Assembly: GCA_016708565.1 (NCBI GenBank)
Contig: JADJFN010000001.1
Coordinates: forward strand, 412,863 to 476,862
From: Myxococcales bacterium
GTDB lineage: Bacteria; Myxococcota_A; Polyangia; Haliangiales; Haliangiaceae
DNA length: 64,000 nt
Direction: 5' to 3'
The translations under genes and the position numbers were made by a program. Shown piece after piece: positions 32,487 through 45,125 of this stretch. Positions within the stretch are counted from its first letter, which is position 1. Every line of letters starts with the position of its first letter. Below the pieces are notes generated by a model. The model was not told the origin of the DNA and ran no database searches. It worked only from the letters and a program-made list of their open reading frames with translations.

Positions 32487-33022
32487 TGCGCGGCGCGGCC
32501 GTGGCGGCGGCGGCGCTGGTGGCGTGCGGCCGCATCGACTACGACCCGGTCATCGACGGCGGCGCCGACGGCGACGCCGCGACCGACGCGCTGCCCGCGT
32601 GCACCGCGCCGTACGCCGTGATCGGCGGCTCGTGCTACCGCATGGTCGAGGTGCCGGCGAGCTGGGACGCGGCCCAGGCCGCCTGCGAGGCCGATGGCGC
32701 GCACCTGGTGATCGTCGGCTCGGTCGCCGAGCACGACGTCGTCCACGGCCTCCTGACCGACGCCGGCGTCACCGGCGGCTGGGTCGGCGCCAGCGATCGC
32801 GTCGCCGAGGACAGCTGGCGCTGGGTCGGCGCCGGCGGCGTCGACCTGCTGGCCGATCAGTGCTTCTTCGGCGCCGGCGGCCCGGCGAACTCGGCGGTGC
32901 TCGACTGCGTCGCCAGCTTCGCCACCAACTTCTGCGGCGACTACACGCTGTTCCTGTGCAGCGACAGCCACCCGTACGTGTGCGAGCGCGACGGCGTGGC
33001 GATCGATCGCGCCGCGTTCTGA
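32486..33022 (+). CDS. C-type lectin-like domain lipoprotein
   Basis: ATG overlaps the accC stop (TGATG). Lipobox LVACG. CTLD-like pattern (CYRMVEVPASWDAAQAACEADGAHLVIV...WVGASD...WRWV...C...C). Confidence 0.7.
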
Positions 33023-33172
33023 CGCCGCCGCGCGCGGCCCGGCGCCGGTCCGCACGGGCGTGGCGATCGCTGGCGGGAGGATCGAGCATACGCCCGCGCG
33101 CGACGCGGTCAACGACGAAGCGCGCGGTGAAACCGCGCGGGTGACGATCGCGCGCGCTCGTGCGCATCGGCG

Positions 33173-34873
<1,701 letters not shown>

Positions 34874-34877
34874 ACTC

Positions 34878-34948
34878 CCTGGAAGGGGCTTTCGCAAAGC
34901 CCCTTCCCCGTCGGGGGCATGCCCCGACGGGGCCCCAACCCGAACCGC
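34878..34948. repeat. Double-hairpin palindromic element downstream of pyrG
   Basis: ggaaggggcttt-cgc-aaagccccttcc (12-bp stem), ccccgtcgggg-gcatg-ccccgacgggg (11-bp stem), then ccccaacccgaaccgcgagagc. Confidence 0.6.
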
Positions 34949-34967
34949 GAGAGCCCACAGCCCCGCC

Positions 34968-35867
34968 ATGGACCGCGCCTTCGCCGCCGCGCTGACGGTC
35001 GAGCCGCCCGCGGTGACCGCGCTGGACGCGTGGCGCGCCGCCACCGCGGCGGTGCGCGCGGCGGGATCGACGCCGATCGCGCGCGCGTTCCTGGGCGGCG
35101 TGGCCGCCGATCGGCTGGGCTTCGCGTTCGCCGGCGGCTACGCCGAGGCGCTGCGCGCGCTGGTGCCGGCCCACCCGCGGCCGCTCGCGGCGCTGTGCGC
35201 GACCGAGGAGGGCGGGGCGCACCCGCGGGCCATCCGCACCGCGCTGACCGCGGCCGGCGACGGCTTCCTCCTGGCCGGCCACAAGCGCTGGGCCACGATG
35301 TCGGCCGCCGGCGGCGACCTGCTGGTGATCGCCACCCGCGGCGACGGCCCCGACGGCAAGCCCCGGCTGGTGGCGGTGACCGTGGCCGCCGACGCCCCGG
35401 GGGTGACGCTGACGCCGGCCAGCGCGCCGTTCGTCCCCGAGATCCCGCACGCGACGGTCGCGCTGGCCGACGTGGCGGTCGCCGCCGACGCGGTGCTGCC
35501 CGGCGACGGCTACGCCACGTACCTCAAGCCGTTCCGCACCGTCGAGGACCTCCACGTCCACGCCGCGCTGTGCGGCTACCTGATCGGCGTGGCCCGGCGC
35601 CACCACCTGGGCGACGCGCTGGTCGAGCGCGGCCTGGCGCTGGCCGCGGCGCTGGCGACGCTCGGCGCCGCCGACCCGCGCGCCGCCGCCACCCACCGCG
35701 CCCTGGCCGGCGCGATCGATCTGGCCAGCGACCAGGTCGCCGCGCTGGAGGCCGCCTGGGCCGCGGTCGGCGGCGACGAGTGGCAGCGCTGGCAGCGCGA
35801 CCGGCCGCTCCTGGGCGTGGCCCGGGCCGCCCGGGCCGCCCGGCTCGAGCGCGCCCGGCAGGGGTAA
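34968..35867 (+). CDS. Hypothetical protein (weak acyl-CoA dehydrogenase-fold-like features)
   Basis: High GC3, 299 aa, GGYAEAL...LAGHKRWATMSAAG pattern. No confident family assignment. Confidence 0.6.
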   Translation: MDRAFAAALTVEPPAVTALDAWRAATAAVRAAGSTPIARAFLGGVAADRLGFAFAGGYAEALRALVPAHPRPLAALCATEEGGAHPRAIRTALTAAGDGFLLAGHKRWATMSAAGGDLLVIATRGDGPDGKPRLVAVTVAADAPGVTLTPASAPFVPEIPHATVALADVAVAADAVLPGDGYATYLKPFRTVEDLHVHAALCGYLIGVARRHHLGDALVERGLALAAALATLGAADPRAAATHRALAGAIDLASDQVAALEAAWAAVGGDEWQRWQRDRPLLGVARAARAARLERARQG

Positions 35868-36073
35868 CCGGACCAAACCGCAGGCGGAGCTGGATCCGGA
35901 GCGTCGATCCCGTGTGGTTTAGCAACATCGGTGCCACAAGCCGTCGCCGGGGGTAGACATCATCCGATGGCTTGGGTAGAGTCGTGACGAGTTGGGCTAA
36001 TGCCAACTTCGGGCCAGCGTGAAGGGCGGCCCGTGCCTCATTCCAACGTTACGGAATTAAAGGAGGATCGCCG
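35868..36073 (+). promoter_or_regulatory. rpoN upstream region: locally lower-GC leader with strong RBS
   Basis: AAAGGAGGA lies 4 nt before the ATG at 36074. ttacggaattaaagg is unusually AT-rich for this genome. Promoter elements not resolved. Confidence 0.3.
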
Positions 36074-37591
36074 ATGGGCATGGAGATGCGCCAAGAGCTG
36101 CGACTGAGTCAGCAGCTCGTCATGACGCCTCAGCTCCAGCAGGCGATCAAGCTGCTTCAGCTGTCCCGCATGGAGCTCGTGGACATGGTCCACGAGGAGA
36201 TGCTCGAGAACCCGATCCTCGAAGACGACTTCGAGGTCTCAGCCGAGCAGGGCAAGGAGCGAGAGCTCCTGGGCGGCGACGACCAGCTCGCGATGCAGAT
36301 GGAGCGAGCCGGCAACACCGAGCTACCCCCGCTCGAGCAGACGCCGGTCGAGAACGCCAACCAGGTCGAGGTCAAGGCCGACGGCACCGCGGTCAACGAG
36401 ATCGACTGGGAGAACTACCTCGACAACTACTCGAGCGCCTCGCCGATGCCGTCGTACCGCGGCGACAGCGAGGACCTGCCGTCGCTCGAGGCCACGCTCA
36501 CCCGGCCGCCGTCGCTCCACGACCACCTGGCCTGGCAGCTCAAGCTGTCGGACCTCGAGGATCGCGAGAAGGAGCTGGGGCTCATCATCATCGGCAACAT
36601 CGACGCCGATGGCTACTTCAAGGAGCCGACGGTCAGCGAGCTGGCCGCCGACGAGGGTGTCAGCGAGGAGCTGGTCGAGAAGGTGCTGGAGAAGATCCAG
36701 ACCTTCGATCCGGTCGGCATCGGCGCGCGCAACCTCGCCGAGTGCATGCTGATCCAGGCCATCGCGTGCGGCCAGGACGACGACCTCGTCGTCAAGATGA
36801 TCAAGAGCCACCTCAACAACCTGGTGAAGAAGAACTACGCGGCGATCGTGCGCGATCTGAAGAAGCCGCCGCCGGCGCCGCAGATGGACATCGAGGAGAT
36901 CTACGAGGCGGCCAAGGTCATCATGGAGTTCGACCCGCGCCCGGGTCGGCAGTACGCCTCCGACGATCCGCACTACATCACCCCCGACGTCTACATCCAC
37001 AAGGTCGGCGACAAGTTCTTCGTCGTGCCCAACGACGACGGCCTGCCCAAGCTGAAGATCGCCAACTTCTACAAGGCGGCGATGGGCTCGGGGGAGAAGT
37101 CCAAGGAGTACGTCCAGGACAAGATGCGGTCGGCGCAGTGGCTGATCCGCTCGATCCAGCAGCGCCAGCGCACGATCATCAAGGTCGCCGAGTCGATCCT
37201 GAAGTTCCAGCGCGAGTTCTTCGACAAGGGCATCGCCCACCTGAAGCCGCTGATCCTGCGCGACATCGCCGAGGACATCGGCATGCACGAGTCGACGGTG
37301 TCGCGCGTGACGACCAACAAGTACGTCCACACGCCGCAGGGCATCTACGAGCTGAAGTTCTTCTTCAACTCGGGCATCTCGTCGTCGTCGGGCGACGACC
37401 TCGCCTCGCAGGCGGTCAAGTCCAAGATCAAGGAGCTGGTCGACGCCGAGGACGCCAAGCGCCCGCACAGCGACCAGAAGATCGTCGAGCTGCTCAAGAA
37501 GGGCGGCATCAACATCGCCCGCCGCACCGTCGCCAAGTACCGCGAGCAGATGGGCATCCTGTCGTCGAGCCAGCGCAAGCAGGTGTTCTGA
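36074..37591 (+). CDS. rpoN: RNA polymerase sigma-54 factor
   Basis: MGMEMRQELRLSQQLVMTPQLQQAIKLLQLS, a core-binding region, HTH, and the RpoN box ARRTVAKYRE. Confidence 0.95.
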   Translation: MGMEMRQELRLSQQLVMTPQLQQAIKLLQLSRMELVDMVHEEMLENPILEDDFEVSAEQGKERELLGGDDQLAMQMERAGNTELPPLEQTPVENANQVEVKADGTAVNEIDWENYLDNYSSASPMPSYRGDSEDLPSLEATLTRPPSLHDHLAWQLKLSDLEDREKELGLIIIGNIDADGYFKEPTVSELAADEGVSEELVEKVLEKIQTFDPVGIGARNLAECMLIQAIACGQDDDLVVKMIKSHLNNLVKKNYAAIVRDLKKPPPAPQMDIEEIYEAAKVIMEFDPRPGRQYASDDPHYITPDVYIHKVGDKFFVVPNDDGLPKLKIANFYKAAMGSGEKSKEYVQDKMRSAQWLIRSIQQRQRTIIKVAESILKFQREFFDKGIAHLKPLILRDIAEDIGMHESTVSRVTTNKYVHTPQGIYELKFFFNSGISSSSGDDLASQAVKSKIKELVDAEDAKRPHSDQKIVELLKKGGINIARRTVAKYREQMGILSSSQRKQVF

Positions 37592-37657
37592 CAGCCGCCC
37601 GCCATTCGCCGTCGCTGGTGTGCGAGGCCGTCGGGATGCCGCCGGTCCGGTCGCGGG

Positions 37658-38389
37658 TCAGAAGCCGGAGAAGGCGCGGAGGCGGGCGGCGTCGGGGGTG
37701 GTGCGGCCGGCGGCGTCGCGCAGCACGAGCTCGTCGGTGGCGAGCGGCGCGGCGGCGTGGGCCAGGGTCCAGACGGCGAACAGCGGCGGCTTGGGGGCGT
37801 GGGCCACGATCGCGGTGCGGGCGACGACGTGCAGGCCGACCTCGGCGGCGGCGGCCTGCAGCCGGCCCTCGGTGCGCGCGTCGCCGCACAAGACCAGCGC
37901 GCCGCCGGGCGCCAGCGCCGCCGCGCCGGCCACGACGTAGGCGTCGATGCCGCCGCGGTACTCGATGCGCGCGTAGGCCCGCTGCTCGTCCTGGGCGTCG
38001 ACCGCGGCGTCCGGGGGGAAGTACGGCGGCGTGCCGGTGACCAGATCGAACAGGCCGACCCGCAGCTCGCGCAGATCGCCGTGGTGGATCGCGACCCGCG
38101 CGCCGAGCTGGTTGCGCCGGACGTTCTCGGTCAGGAGCGCGAACGACACCGCCTGGGCCTCGATGCCGACCAGCGTCGCCGCCGGCAGGCTCCACGCCAG
38201 GTGCAGCAGCACCGAGCCGATGCCGCAGCCGAGGTCGAGGATCCGCCGCGCGTCGGGCGCGCGCCGGCACGCCACGTACGCGGTGGCCATGTCGTCGCTC
38301 GAGAACCGGTGGCCGCGGGCGCGCTGGACGATCGTCAGGTCGCGGGTGAGCCGGTCCTCGGTCAGCGGGCCCCAGCGCGGGTCGAGCAT
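37658..38389 (-). CDS. SAM-dependent methyltransferase, MTS/small-domain type (TrmN6/RsmC/HemK-like, motif IV GTPPYF)
   Basis: ILDLGCGIGSVLL (motif I) and DLVTGTPPYF (motif IV). Lies antisense between rpoN and hpf. Start is ATG near 38389 (ORF GTG at 38536 is the alternative). Confidence 0.7.
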   Translation of the reverse strand: MLDPRWGPLTEDRLTRDLTIVQRARGHRFSSDDMATAYVACRRAPDARRILDLGCGIGSVLLHLAWSLPAATLVGIEAQAVSFALLTENVRRNQLGARVAIHHGDLRELRVGLFDLVTGTPPYFPPDAAVDAQDEQRAYARIEYRGGIDAYVVAGAAALAPGGALVLCGDARTEGRLQAAAAEVGLHVVARTAIVAHAPKPPLFAVWTLAHAAAPLATDELVLRDAAGRTTPDAARLRAFSGF

Positions 38390-38556
38390 GCGCGCGTGTA
38401 CCAGATCGCGGCGCGCCGTGGCGCGGCCGGCGGCGAGATCGTAGCTCCGGCGCGCGCGTGAGGGAAGGGCGGCGGGAGGCAACCGTCGGGCGGCGCGCGT
38501 GGCGTCGAAGAGTCGACGAAGAACGTGTTGTCGCACTTCCGCGATGCTGTCGCAGC

Positions 38557-38575
38557 GTTACACTTGTCGTGTAAC
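38557..38575. promoter_or_regulatory. Perfect 7-bp inverted repeat GTTACAC-N5-GTGTAAC 19 bp upstream of hpf
   Basis: gttacacttgtcgtgtaac, operator-like, followed by GGAGG and the ATG at 38594. Confidence 0.45.
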
Positions 38576-38593
38576 AACGGCTTCGGAGGCCAA

Positions 38594-39175
<582 letters not shown>

Positions 39176-39189
39176 CGGGATCGGTAGGC

Positions 39190-39216
39190 CCGCCGGGGAG
39201 GGCCCCCGGCGCCCGA
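39190..39216. terminator. Hairpin cgccgggg-aggg-ccccggcg downstream of hpf
   Basis: 8-bp GC stem resembling the gggagggggccccgg motif of the other elements. Confidence 0.45.
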
Positions 39217-39279
39217 TCACGGGGGTAGCGGACCGTTGGGGTTGCTGGGTGACCGTGATAGGGTGGCCGCCACCGAGCC

Positions 39280-39740
39280 ATGAAGATCGTCGATCTGATC
39301 GGGCGCGACATGATCGTGCCGGCGCTGGCCGGGACGGACAAGCGGTCCATTCTCGAAGAGCTGGCCGCCCACGTCGCGCGCCAGCACCCCCGCATCGATC
39401 GCGCCACCCTCACCCGTGTGCTGGTCGATCGCGAGGCCCTGGCCTCGACGGCGATCGGCGAGGGCGTCGCGATCCCCCACGGCAAGCTCAGCGCGGTGAC
39501 GGAGATCGTCGCCTGCCTGGGCCGGGCGCGCGCCGGCGTCGACTTCGACGCGATGGACAAGCAGTCCACCTACCTGTTCTTCGTCCTGGTGGCGCCCGAG
39601 TCGTCGACCGGCGCCCACCTGAAGGCCCTGGCCCGGATCAGCCGCGTGTTCAAGGACGGCAGCTTCCGCAAGCGTCTGCTCGAGGCGCCCGACGCCGACG
39701 GCATGTTCGCGGTGATCGCCGAGGAAGACGCCAAGTACTG

Positions 39741-39741
<1 letters not shown>
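39280..39741 (+). CDS. ptsN: PTS IIA-like nitrogen regulatory protein (EIIA-Ntr)
   Basis: EIIA(Fru/Ntr) fold with active-site His context GVAIPHGK. Confidence 0.9.
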
Positions 39742-40709
<968 letters not shown>

Positions 40710-40712
40710 GCC

Positions 40713-41552
40713 ATGCAGATCGTCGTCGTCACCGGGCTGTCGGGGGCGGGCAAGTCCAGCGCGCTGCGCGCGCTCGAGGACATCGAGTATTACTGCGTCG
40801 ACAACCTGCCGCTGCCGTTCATGACCGAGCTGGTCGAGGCGCTGGCCCGCGACGGCCAGGCCGACAAGCTGGCGGTGGCGATCGACTCGCGGCAGCGCCG
40901 CTACCTGCCGACGTGGGGCGCCGAGCTGGCCAAGCTGCGCGGCGCCGGCCACCGCCTCGAGGTGATGTTCCTCGACGCCAAGGACGACGTGCTCTTGCGC
41001 CGGTTCTCCGAGACCCGGCGCCGCCACCCGCTGTCGGGCGACGAGGTGTCCGAGGGCATCCGCCGCGATCGCGAGCTGCTCGCCGAGCTGCGGATCGGCG
41101 CCGCGGTGGTCGACACGTCGAACCTGACGACCCACCAGTTCAAGGCGATCATCCAGGACCGCTACGGCGGCACCGGCAAGCTGGCGGTGACGCTGGTCTC
41201 GTTCGGGTGGAAGCACGGCGCGCCGGTCGAGTTCAACCTGGTGTTCGACGTCCGGTTCCTGCCCAACCCGTACTTCGAGCCGACCTTGACCCACAAGGAC
41301 GGCCGCGACCCCGACGTCGCGCGGTTCGTGTGCGCCTCGGCCGACGGCCTCGAGCTGGTCGAGCGGGTCGAGAGCCTGCTGCGGTTCTCGCTGCCGCAGT
41401 TCCAGCAAGAGGGCAAGCTGTACGTGACCGTGGCGGTGGGCTGCACGGGTGGCCGGCATCGCTCGGTCGCCATCGTCGAAGAGCTGCGCCGGCGGCTCGG
41501 CGGCGACTGGGACATCCTGGTCCGGCATCGCGACGTTGATCGAGGGGAGTGA
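40713..41552 (+). CDS. rapZ: RNase adapter protein RapZ (YhbJ)
   Basis: MQIVVVTGLSGAGKSSALRALEDIEYYCVDNLP. Confidence 0.9.
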   Translation: MQIVVVTGLSGAGKSSALRALEDIEYYCVDNLPLPFMTELVEALARDGQADKLAVAIDSRQRRYLPTWGAELAKLRGAGHRLEVMFLDAKDDVLLRRFSETRRRHPLSGDEVSEGIRRDRELLAELRIGAAVVDTSNLTTHQFKAIIQDRYGGTGKLAVTLVSFGWKHGAPVEFNLVFDVRFLPNPYFEPTLTHKDGRDPDVARFVCASADGLELVERVESLLRFSLPQFQQEGKLYVTVAVGCTGGRHRSVAIVEELRRRLGGDWDILVRHRDVDRGE

Positions 41553-41833
41553 CGATGTCCGAGATTGCACAGCAGGCGATCGTGATCAGCAACGAGCTGG
41601 GGCTGCACGCGCGCGCCGCCACCAAGTTCGTGCAGCTGGCGGGCAAGTACCCGTGCGACGTCGTCGTCGGCAAGGACGGCCACGACGTCAACGGCAAGAG
41701 CATCATGGGCGTGCTCATGCTGGTGGCGTCGAAGGGGACGACGATCGTGATCAGCGCCAAGGGGCCGCAGGCCGCCGACGCGGTCGCGGCGCTGGTCAAG
41801 CTGGTCCAGGACAAGTTCGGCGAGGAGCGCTAG
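41549..41833 (+). CDS. ptsH: Phosphocarrier protein HPr
   Basis: LGLHARAATKFV (His15 region) and KSIMGVLML (Ser46 region). GTG start overlaps the rapZ stop; ATG at 41555 is an alternative. Confidence 0.9.
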   Translation: MTMSEIAQQAIVISNELGLHARAATKFVQLAGKYPCDVVVGKDGHDVNGKSIMGVLMLVASKGTTIVISAKGPQAADAVAALVKLVQDKFGEER

Positions 41834-41836
41834 CCG

Positions 41837-43642
41837 GTGTCCGAGCGCGACCGCGAGCACGCCGGCGAGCGCCCCACCGGCGAGATCCGCCGGGACGGCG
41901 TCGCGGTCTCGGCCGGCATCGCGATCGGGCGCGCGTTCCTGGTCGGCCGCGATCTGATCAAGGAGCCGCGCTATCACGTCGAGGCCGACGACGTCGACAG
42001 CGAGGTCGCGCGCCTGCGCAAGGCGATCGCGTCGTCCGACAAGCAGCTGGCCAAGATCAAGAGCAAGCTGGCCGAGGAGGAGGCGTCGAGCGACTTCCAC
42101 ATCATCACCGCCCACCAGCTGATGCTCCACGACGAGCACCTGGTCGACGCGACGATCGGGTACATCAAGGACGAGCTGATCAACGCCGAGTGGGCGCTGA
42201 CCAAGGCGGTCGGCGACATCCGCGGCGTGTTCGACGCGATCGAGGACGACTACTTCCGCGAGCGCCGCAGCGACGTCGACTTCGTCGGCGAGCGCGTGCT
42301 GCGCAACCTGCTGGGCAAGGAGACCGGGCCGCTCAAGCCGCCGCCCGACGCGATCGTCGTCGCCTACGACCTGTCGCCGGCCGACACCGCGCAGCTGCAC
42401 AAGCACGCGGTGGCGGGCCTGATCACCGACGCCGGCGGCAAGACCTCGCACACCGCGATCATCGCCCGCGCCCACGAGCTGCCGGCGGTGGTCGGCCTCG
42501 AGGACATCACCGAGCTGGTGCTCGACGACGACCTGCTGATCGTCGACGGCGGCGCCGGCGTGGTGATCGTCAACCCGACGCCGACGACGGTCGGGCAGTA
42601 CCGCGATCAGCAGCGCAAGCAGGTGGCGCTCGAGGAGCAGCTGCTCGGCAACAAGGACCTGCCGGCCACGACCAAGGATGGCGTGGCGGTGCAGCTCTAC
42701 GCCAACATCGACGGCCCCGACGAGATCGACGGCGCGCTCGAGCACGGCGCGGTCGGCATCGGCCTGTACCGCACCGAGTACCTGTTCATGGTGGGCGACC
42801 ACGTCCCCGACGAGGAGACCCACTACAAGACCGCGGTCGAGGTGCTCGAGCGGATGGCCGGCCGGCCGGTGACGATGCGCACCTTCGATCTGGGCGCCGA
42901 CAAGCTGGCCAAGTTCCTCGAGGAGGCCGCCCTCGACGAGGCCAACCCGGCGCTGGGGCTGCGCTCGATCCGGCTGTGCCTGGCCGACCTGGGGCAGGGG
43001 CTGTTCCGCACCCAGCTGCGCGGCCTGTTGCGCGCCAGCGCCCACGGGCCGCTGCGGATCATGTTCCCGATGATCTCGGGGGTCGCCGAGCTGCGCGCGG
43101 CGATGGCGGTGCTCGACGACGTCAAGCGCGAGCTGCGGGCGTCGAAGGTGCCCTTCGACGAGCACATCAAGATCGGCATCATGATCGAGATGCCGGCGGC
43201 GGCGGTGATCGCCGACCTGCTGGCCAAGGAGACCGCGTTCTTCTCGATCGGCACCAACGACCTCATCCAGTACACGATGGCGGTCGATCGCGTGAACGAG
43301 CTGGTGTCGTACCTGTACGAGCCGCTGCACCCGGCGCTGTTGCGGCTGGTGCGCGACACGGCGATCGCCGCCCACGCGGCGGGGATCCCGGTCAGCCTGT
43401 GCGGCGAGATGGCGGCCGACCCGCTGGTGGCGCCGGTGCTGCTCGGCCTGGGGATCACCGAGCTGTCGATGAGCGCGGTGTCGATCCCCGAGGTCAAGGG
43501 GCTGGTGCGCGCGAGCACGATGAGCGAGCTGCAGGCGCTGGTGGCGCGGGTGGTGTCGCTGCCGACGGCGGAGGAGATCCGGGCGGCGGTGACGGCGTAC
43601 ATGGCCAGCGTGACGGCGGCGGCGGCCGCGGCGGGGAAGTAG
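41837..43642 (+). CDS. ptsI: Phosphoenolpyruvate-protein phosphotransferase (PTS enzyme I)
   Basis: GGKTSHTAIIARA (phospho-His), a PEP-utilising domain, and CGEMA. Confidence 0.9.
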   Translation: MSERDREHAGERPTGEIRRDGVAVSAGIAIGRAFLVGRDLIKEPRYHVEADDVDSEVARLRKAIASSDKQLAKIKSKLAEEEASSDFHIITAHQLMLHDEHLVDATIGYIKDELINAEWALTKAVGDIRGVFDAIEDDYFRERRSDVDFVGERVLRNLLGKETGPLKPPPDAIVVAYDLSPADTAQLHKHAVAGLITDAGGKTSHTAIIARAHELPAVVGLEDITELVLDDDLLIVDGGAGVVIVNPTPTTVGQYRDQQRKQVALEEQLLGNKDLPATTKDGVAVQLYANIDGPDEIDGALEHGAVGIGLYRTEYLFMVGDHVPDEETHYKTAVEVLERMAGRPVTMRTFDLGADKLAKFLEEAALDEANPALGLRSIRLCLADLGQGLFRTQLRGLLRASAHGPLRIMFPMISGVAELRAAMAVLDDVKRELRASKVPFDEHIKIGIMIEMPAAAVIADLLAKETAFFSIGTNDLIQYTMAVDRVNELVSYLYEPLHPALLRLVRDTAIAAHAAGIPVSLCGEMAADPLVAPVLLGLGITELSMSAVSIPEVKGLVRASTMSELQALVARVVSLPTAEEIRAAVTAYMASVTAAAAAAGK

Positions 43643-43798
43643 GCGGCCGGGCCGGCGCCGGCTGCGGCGGGTCTTGTGGTTCTCGCCAGGCATGTGAACG
43701 GGTGGCGACTCACCGGCCCGGCGGCGTGGGGCGGGCGCGCGTGCTCGCGTGGTTAGGCGAGGGTGGACGCGGCACGTGGCTTGCTCTTCGATGGCGCG

Positions 43799-45103
43799 AT
43801 GCGCGCTTCGATCTCCCCGGTCCTCCCCGCGGTCCTGTGCTCGGTGCTGGCGCTCGCGTGCGGCGGGACGGAGGGGGACGACGACCGCCGGGCCGGGGCG
43901 GTGGCCTTGCCCGGGGTCGCGATCGACCACGTCGTGATCGACTCGACGGGCGCCGCGATCGTGGGGGGCCGGTTCGGCGGCACGATCGATCTGGGCGATG
44001 GGCCGCCGATCACGGCGGTCGCGCAGGTCGATGGCTTCACGGCCAAGGTGACGCCGGCGGGCGAGGTCCTGTGGTGGCGCACGTATGGCGGCGTCCAGGT
44101 CAACGACGTCGGTCGCGACGATCAGGTCACCGGCCTCGCTGTCATGCCCGACGATTCGGTGATCGTGACCGGCTACGTCGAGGGTGTGGTCGACCTCGGC
44201 GGCGGACCGCTGGGCGGCGACGACGACGGTGCGCCGGACCCCGGCATGCTGTTCGTCGCGCGCTACGCGGCGGACGGCACCCACCTGTGGTCGAAGCGCT
44301 GGCGCAGCGTGAACGGCAGCTCGTCGGCCGAGCTGCCGGTGGTGTCCGACGACGGCTCGATCTATCTGATCGGGCACTTCAACGGCGGCGCGACGATCGC
44401 GCCGGTCGCGCTCACGTTCGGGCTGGAGAAGGTGCTCGTGAAGGTGTCGGCGGATGGCGCGGTGCAGTGGGCGCGCCCGGTGCGTGACCCGGCCTCCGAC
44501 GGCGAGCCCCGGTACAACGTGTCGGGGCTCGCGGCGCACGGCGACGACGTCTTGCTGAGCGGCTGGGTGGACGGCGGCACCGACCTCGGCGCGGGCCCGG
44601 TCGCCGACACGGTCGCGACGTACGCGATGGTGCGCGACGCGGCCGACGGCGCGATCGCCGCCGTGCACCCGTACACCCCGGTCGAGACCGCCAGCGGCGA
44701 TCGGCCGATGGCGGTCGCGCCCGACGGCCGCGTCATCCTCGGCGGCGCGCACCTCACCTGGCTCGCGCCGGATCTGACCGTCGCCCGGTCGATCGATCTG
44801 TCGGACCTGAGCGCCGCCGGTCTCCGCGCGGGTCAGGTCGCGGTCGCGTCGAACGGCGACGTGGCGTGGGCGTCGACCGTCGCCCACGTCCGCTACTCGT
44901 CCGCGGGCGTCGAGCTGGCGCGCGAGGATCAGACGCCGGTCGACCCGCGCGACGCGCCGCTGCGCATCGGCGACGTCGCCGTGGGCCCCGACGATCGCGT
45001 CGTGCTGGCCGGCGCCTTCGCGGCCACGATCGCGCTCGGCGGCCGCCGGCTCGACCTGCCGACCGGCGCGACCGGCGCGGGCTTCGTGATCTGGACCGAG
45101 TGA
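43799..45103 (+). CDS. Lipoprotein with SBBP/beta-propeller repeats
   Basis: MRASISPVLPAVLCSVLALACGG lipobox. Repeated G-x-(V/I)-DLGGG motifs. Confidence 0.75.
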   Translation: MRASISPVLPAVLCSVLALACGGTEGDDDRRAGAVALPGVAIDHVVIDSTGAAIVGGRFGGTIDLGDGPPITAVAQVDGFTAKVTPAGEVLWWRTYGGVQVNDVGRDDQVTGLAVMPDDSVIVTGYVEGVVDLGGGPLGGDDDGAPDPGMLFVARYAADGTHLWSKRWRSVNGSSSAELPVVSDDGSIYLIGHFNGGATIAPVALTFGLEKVLVKVSADGAVQWARPVRDPASDGEPRYNVSGLAAHGDDVLLSGWVDGGTDLGAGPVADTVATYAMVRDAADGAIAAVHPYTPVETASGDRPMAVAPDGRVILGGAHLTWLAPDLTVARSIDLSDLSAAGLRAGQVAVASNGDVAWASTVAHVRYSSAGVELAREDQTPVDPRDAPLRIGDVAVGPDDRVVLAGAFAATIALGGRRLDLPTGATGAGFVIWTE

Positions 45104-45125
45104 GCCGGCGCGGGCGGCCGGGACG

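Noticed and set aside
41162-44887. 1241-aa minus ORF and 1012-aa plus ORF spanning ptsH/ptsI and the SBBP lipoprotein
   Set aside because: Out-of-frame or antisense to the well-supported ptsI gene; Arg/Asp/Gly-rich low-complexity translation.
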